From the NCBI RefSeq assembly GCF_964204645.1, contig NC_134029.1:20454950-20518949 (forward strand): a DNA stretch of 64,000 nt, read 5' to 3'. Source of the stretch: Tubulanus polymorphus (taxonomy: Eukaryota > Animalia > Nemertea). Below, piece by piece: positions 52,587-64,000 of the stretch (position 1 is the stretch's first letter; each line of letters starts with the position of its first letter). Both the position numbers and the translations under genes were made by a program. The notes below the pieces were generated by a model. That model ran no database searches. It was given only the letters and a program-made list of their open reading frames with translations, and was not told where the DNA came from.

Positions 52587-54172
52587 GATCTTAGCCTTTG
52601 GGTTTAATTCACTTTCAGAAACTGGAATGATGAAAGTTTTAATGATTATCATCATTCATTTAATTGTTTTACCAAGGAAATTATGAAAATATTGTTGCAG
52701 CAAAAGTAACATGGCAAAGCAACATTTCATGGGAAATTGTTTATTAGGGAAAAATGGTCCACTAATCACAAATCATTGCATCATGGGATCTGGACGCACT
52801 ATAACATTGTTACAAAATGCACTTGAATTATCTGCCAAATAAAACAGGCCGGCTGATTATTAACGAAATTATCGTAAATAAAAAAATGACGCATGGAGAG
52901 CCTGTTCTGTGTGACAGATTCCTTGATGATCAAACACTATGTCGAAGATGTAACTATTCAAACTCAAGCTAACACGACCATTTATCACAAAAGGCATTAC
53001 TTTATGAGTGAAGTTCAGTCTAAGTGGGTTGGTCATTGGTTTGGTGTGGTTGGATGTTGTTGGGCAGGGAGCATGTGATGACTGATGTGTGTGATATGTG
53101 GCCTGGGTCCAGGGGCGGATCTAGGAGGGTGAATTGGGCCGTGGCTAGCCACCGCCTCATATGCCTTCCGAAAAATTTTAAAGCAGGCTTTTTCTTTTAA
53201 ATGGCCGATCTCTCATCATCACAGCAGTTGCAAGCATCTTCTAAGCGCAAGATCAGATGTAGCGTTTCTGATAACTTCTACTGTTTGTTGAATTAAGAAA
53301 TAAGCCAATTGTCGCTTCGCTGCCTCGGAATCAGAACAGTAGCGTTGCAACTGTGTAATATACCTATGATGATACGAGCAATCATCGAGATGAGCGTATG
53401 TTAGTGCTCTCAGCCGATATTTGCTATTACTACACCATCATATTGGTTCCATTACAAACAGGTGTCCAGTGTCCGGTAAACAGCCATTTTCCCACTCATA
53501 ATTATCTGAATTTTTCCCAATCTGTGTCAAAATTTTCCCAAACCAACTACCACTACCATGACAAATTGTATTGTCATTGTATTAATTGACAATTGTATGA
53601 TAACAAATGTTTGAGAAATGACCTGCTAAGTTCCCCCCTCCCAATCATGAATCATGCGGGTATCTCATTAAAATTATCAACACCTCATCCTGGCCACGGC
53701 ACTATGACTCAGCAGGTTGTCATAATTTTCACTGAAACAGTAGCTCAAGTATGTACTGTCAAATCCCGAGGATTTTTAAAAATTTTCTATAGGCCTATGT
53801 CGAGAGGCGGACACCTCGAGTTCCCCCAGTCTCGCGCCGCTCGCTGCTCAACTCAAAGTTTATTCATTACGTTTCTTGACAGCCACCCCTTGGAAAAATC
53901 ATAAATCCACCCCTACTAAATAATAGGTTGATAAACATTAAAAAAACAAATTGATGCGGTTTCGATTCAAAATATTACGATATAAGTTTTTTGACGGTTC
54001 AGTATCAGGCCTGTGACTGATTTTCAATGGCGATTGCCGGCTGCCCGATACGGCGTTCAGTGCTTCTCGTGCTCAAAGCCATATTCTTACGAATATTTGA
54101 CATGTCATTTCTTGTTGATAGTAAATCGAGTCTACCCAATAATACAGTACTTTGATACACACCACGAACACG

Positions 54173-60951
<6,779 letters not shown>

Positions 60952-61189
60952 CTACATCTATCAACCGATCGACCGATGAATTTAGACCAATTTGAAACTT
61001 AACTATTCACCGGGCAAATATGTCAAACAACTTGTCTCGTAGACTCTTCTGTGAAGTGTGGATCTCAACAACGAAATTATGCTCAGAAATGTTACGATAA
61101 TCCAATCTCGCGGTCATCAGCTACCGCCTGCCTGGGAAGTAGTACTCGTGCACTGCTACTACAGGGGCGAGCTCTTGTCTGAGCGAATA

Positions 61190-61471
61190 CAGGGCCGTAC
61201 TTAGTGGGGCCATTTGCTACTCAAAAATTTTGGTAAAAGTGCCCTTTTTAAAAACCTATCTGTATTGAGTGCTATGAAATACTATTGTTATATCCAATAC
61301 AGAAATTAGATGTAGAATCCTTCACTCAGGAATGACAAATATTTTGTTGTATGAGTTTTTGTTAGGGGCTATTCTAAAAAAGAATCGTTATATCGGTGTT
61401 TGACGATAGGTAACCGCAATTTTTCGGGTTTCACCCCCACCCCCATAATTCAAATGCTAGGTATGGCTCTG
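61190..61471. mobile_element. hAT-like MITE with 5-bp GAATA target duplication, downstream of the TGN38-like stop
   Basis: GAATA|CAGGGCCGTACTTAG ... CTAGGTATGGCTCTG|GAATA. Confidence 0.7.
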
Positions 61472-62815
61472 GAATATGGTAATCGTTAACCGACGAAAAC
61501 TGAATTATTTGAAATTGAAACCGTTCATGTTAGTACTGCACATCTACTACTTATGATTAGACATCGTGTGTGAACGATCATCTGATGATTTGTTTCTTGA
61601 ATGAGAACACAGAAAATAATCCGTCAATCTCTCGACTCTGATGAAACTGCTTATCTTAATGTGATAGTCACTATTTATGTAATGTTTGGATCACGGCTTT
61701 CAGTGGTCACTAAATGTGTTTTATACATATTTTCTATGGTTGACGAGTGTTTGGTTCGTATGGTTGTTGTCGTTGTTGTCGAGTTCTTTAAAAAGCTACA
61801 TTATATGGCTAATTAGTTTACTTGAAAAAAATCACTCATAGGTTTGGGCTTTTTTTCATATTCAACGTGTTTGCACCATTTTTTTCAGTACGATGGCTCT
61901 TTTTTTCGACGTAGTTCAAGTTGATGTAAATGAATTCAAGATCGAATGAATACTTTATTTCGAAATGTAGGAAGAAATGTAGCTGAAGAGATACTTGAGG
62001 AATGTTAGATGTTGAAATAAGCATGTTACTATGAACTAAGCCCCGACAAATTGGGACCAATTCAATGTATGAATCAAGTCCGACGATGGTGGCACTTGTA
62101 AACATTGGTACGAATGTGTTTCAATGGCGAGAGAAATACTGATCTTGCCTCCTGAATTAAGTGTGGTTTGCTCATTGATGTTTACTGTAGTCGTGCACTA
62201 ATTTACATATCAATTCTCATGTTTTATTATCGCCGTGTAAGTTGTTATAATTCGATACGAGTTCGGACAGCTGACAGTATATATGTAACCTGTTTAACTC
62301 CAATGCAAGTAGATCAATATCTGTAGCTTACATATTTAGTCTAGAAGGGATGTTTTCTAATCCTCCCGTCTGATTTGATTTATCTATTTCTATTTTATTA
62401 TCGAAAGCTACTATTCAGGTTCTATGCAAATTCCGTTAGCCCGGGTTTTTGTTGTCTATTCACTGTACATTTATTGTATGGATAGAAAAAGCCTATTCTG
62501 TACAAGCTCATTCTACGTATATTAGGTTTTTCTGAATAATTTTATCGTATTTGTTATTTATTAGTTTATTTATTGAATTGTGTACGCACTACCTTTCGAT
62601 TGCCTACTGCCATCCTATATATCATTATTATTATTATTATTAATATGATAATGTTGTAATCCACTGTAAAATATAAAAGCCACAATATAAACTAATGAAG
62701 TAAAACCAATCTTTCTGATTTGAATGTGTCAGCTCAAAAAGCTGTTTTTGGAATTAATTTTTGCGATCATATTGTATAAGAGGCTGATGGTAAACAATTG
62801 CTTCAATGTGGTTTA

Positions 62816-62998
62816 CAACGGAACCTTGTTATAACGGACCACTTCCTCAGATATAACAACTTATCAGTTATTACAAACCTAGAATTTCATTCCAAATAGG
62901 ACGGAATTTGATGGTTTCAAACTGGATTTTAACGAATTATCTGTTATAAGATACCAAATTTTTGGTCCCTTGAAGTTTGTTGTAATGAGGTTCCACTG
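62816..62998. mobile_element. Degenerate Tc1/mariner (Tigger-like) MITE
   Basis: TA|CAACGGAACCTTGTTATAAC ... GTTGTAATGAGGTTCCACTG|TG. Confidence 0.6.
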
Positions 62999-64000
62999 TG
63001 CTATGAATTTATTTCATTTCACGTTTGCATATCCTATCCAACTCCTTAATTGTGGTTCATTGGACTGAATGCTTAGTTCATTGGATTTTAAATGACCTAT
63101 TTATACGTAGAGTTAATCGTATTAATGGCCAAAATTAAATAATTTTGAATTCCTTGGGTAAAGCTTCTAAAATGCTAAAGATTTTTAAAAGAGGCAACAA
63201 GTTGGGATGGCTCTATCACTGCAAATATTCACTAAGTCATCATTTTTTCATTTGGACCTGGTTTAAACACATTTTGAAAGGACACAATTATTATGCACAT
63301 TTTCGATTAAACAGCTGTGCCCTATTTCATGGTACAATTACAGTTCCAATTTGTCTATCACATCTTATATAGCGTATGGAATTTCGATATAGAATTAATA
63401 CTCCATCATACAAAGTGTATTGGAAAAAAAATGTTGGATATTTCTAAGATTCTGTGGAGATCTTTGTGAATCGATTTCGAGCTTTATGTTTAATACTGCG
63501 TCTTCTGTAAAACGGCAAATGGATAAACGTACTCATTTTAAAAGCTGAGCATTTTCAATTGCTGATTCGAATATTGGTGGGTTATGATCGTTTTGTTGGG
63601 TTGTACTGTTTCAAACAAAATAGTTAATTCTTGATTTTGATTTTGCTGTAATTCTACGCCAATTACGAACCAGTTACGGTAGACTTTTTATTTTTTTCAA
63701 TAACTTCACGGTTGTGTTGCTCGGACGTTCTGTTACTGTAGCTCCCGCTTCTCAATCACACATTCCCACTTCGCCTCATATATTTTTACATGTAATTTGT
63801 AAATAAAATCGTGTGCTTTCAGAAATGATAAACTTGTGTTTTTCTTGTTACCACAGTTTGCTATACGAACACCAGCTTTCAAAGAGTATGGTCAAAGGCC
63901 CCTAGATAGGATAGTTTGGTTCACCGGATTCGAATCAACCCCTGGACCCGTGAGGATAGACGTAATCAGGATTCAAACTGGATGCTTGAGATTTGAGAAT

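Overview
Eukaryotic genomic DNA from an invertebrate animal (lophotrochozoan-like repeat content; species not determinable), AT-rich with GT-AG spliceosomal introns. I assembled six protein-coding genes by hand from splice sites and reading-frame phase: RAB9 (-, one coding exon), a UCHL3/UCHL1-type deubiquitinase (+, 9 exons, divergent from RAB9), a KLF5-like zinc-finger factor (-, 4 exons), FPGT fucose-1-phosphate guanylyltransferase (-, 3 coding exons), importin-13 (-, 25 exons, two apparent lesions) and a ~1070-aa TGN38/KCT2-family type I membrane protein (+, 8 exons). Non-coding DNA holds many short non-autonomous DNA transposons (MITEs), palindromes and micro/minisatellites. The most notable observations are a triplicated, exon-bounded 8-cysteine lumenal domain in the TGN38/KCT2-like protein, a minimal Penelope-type hammerhead ribozyme antisense in a UCH intron, two lesions in importin-13 (missing AG acceptor and a -1 frameshift at the C-terminus), a ~500-bp intronic foldback next to microexons, and UCHL3-KLF5 linkage matching human 13q22. 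No database searches were run; family calls rest on recalled motifs.
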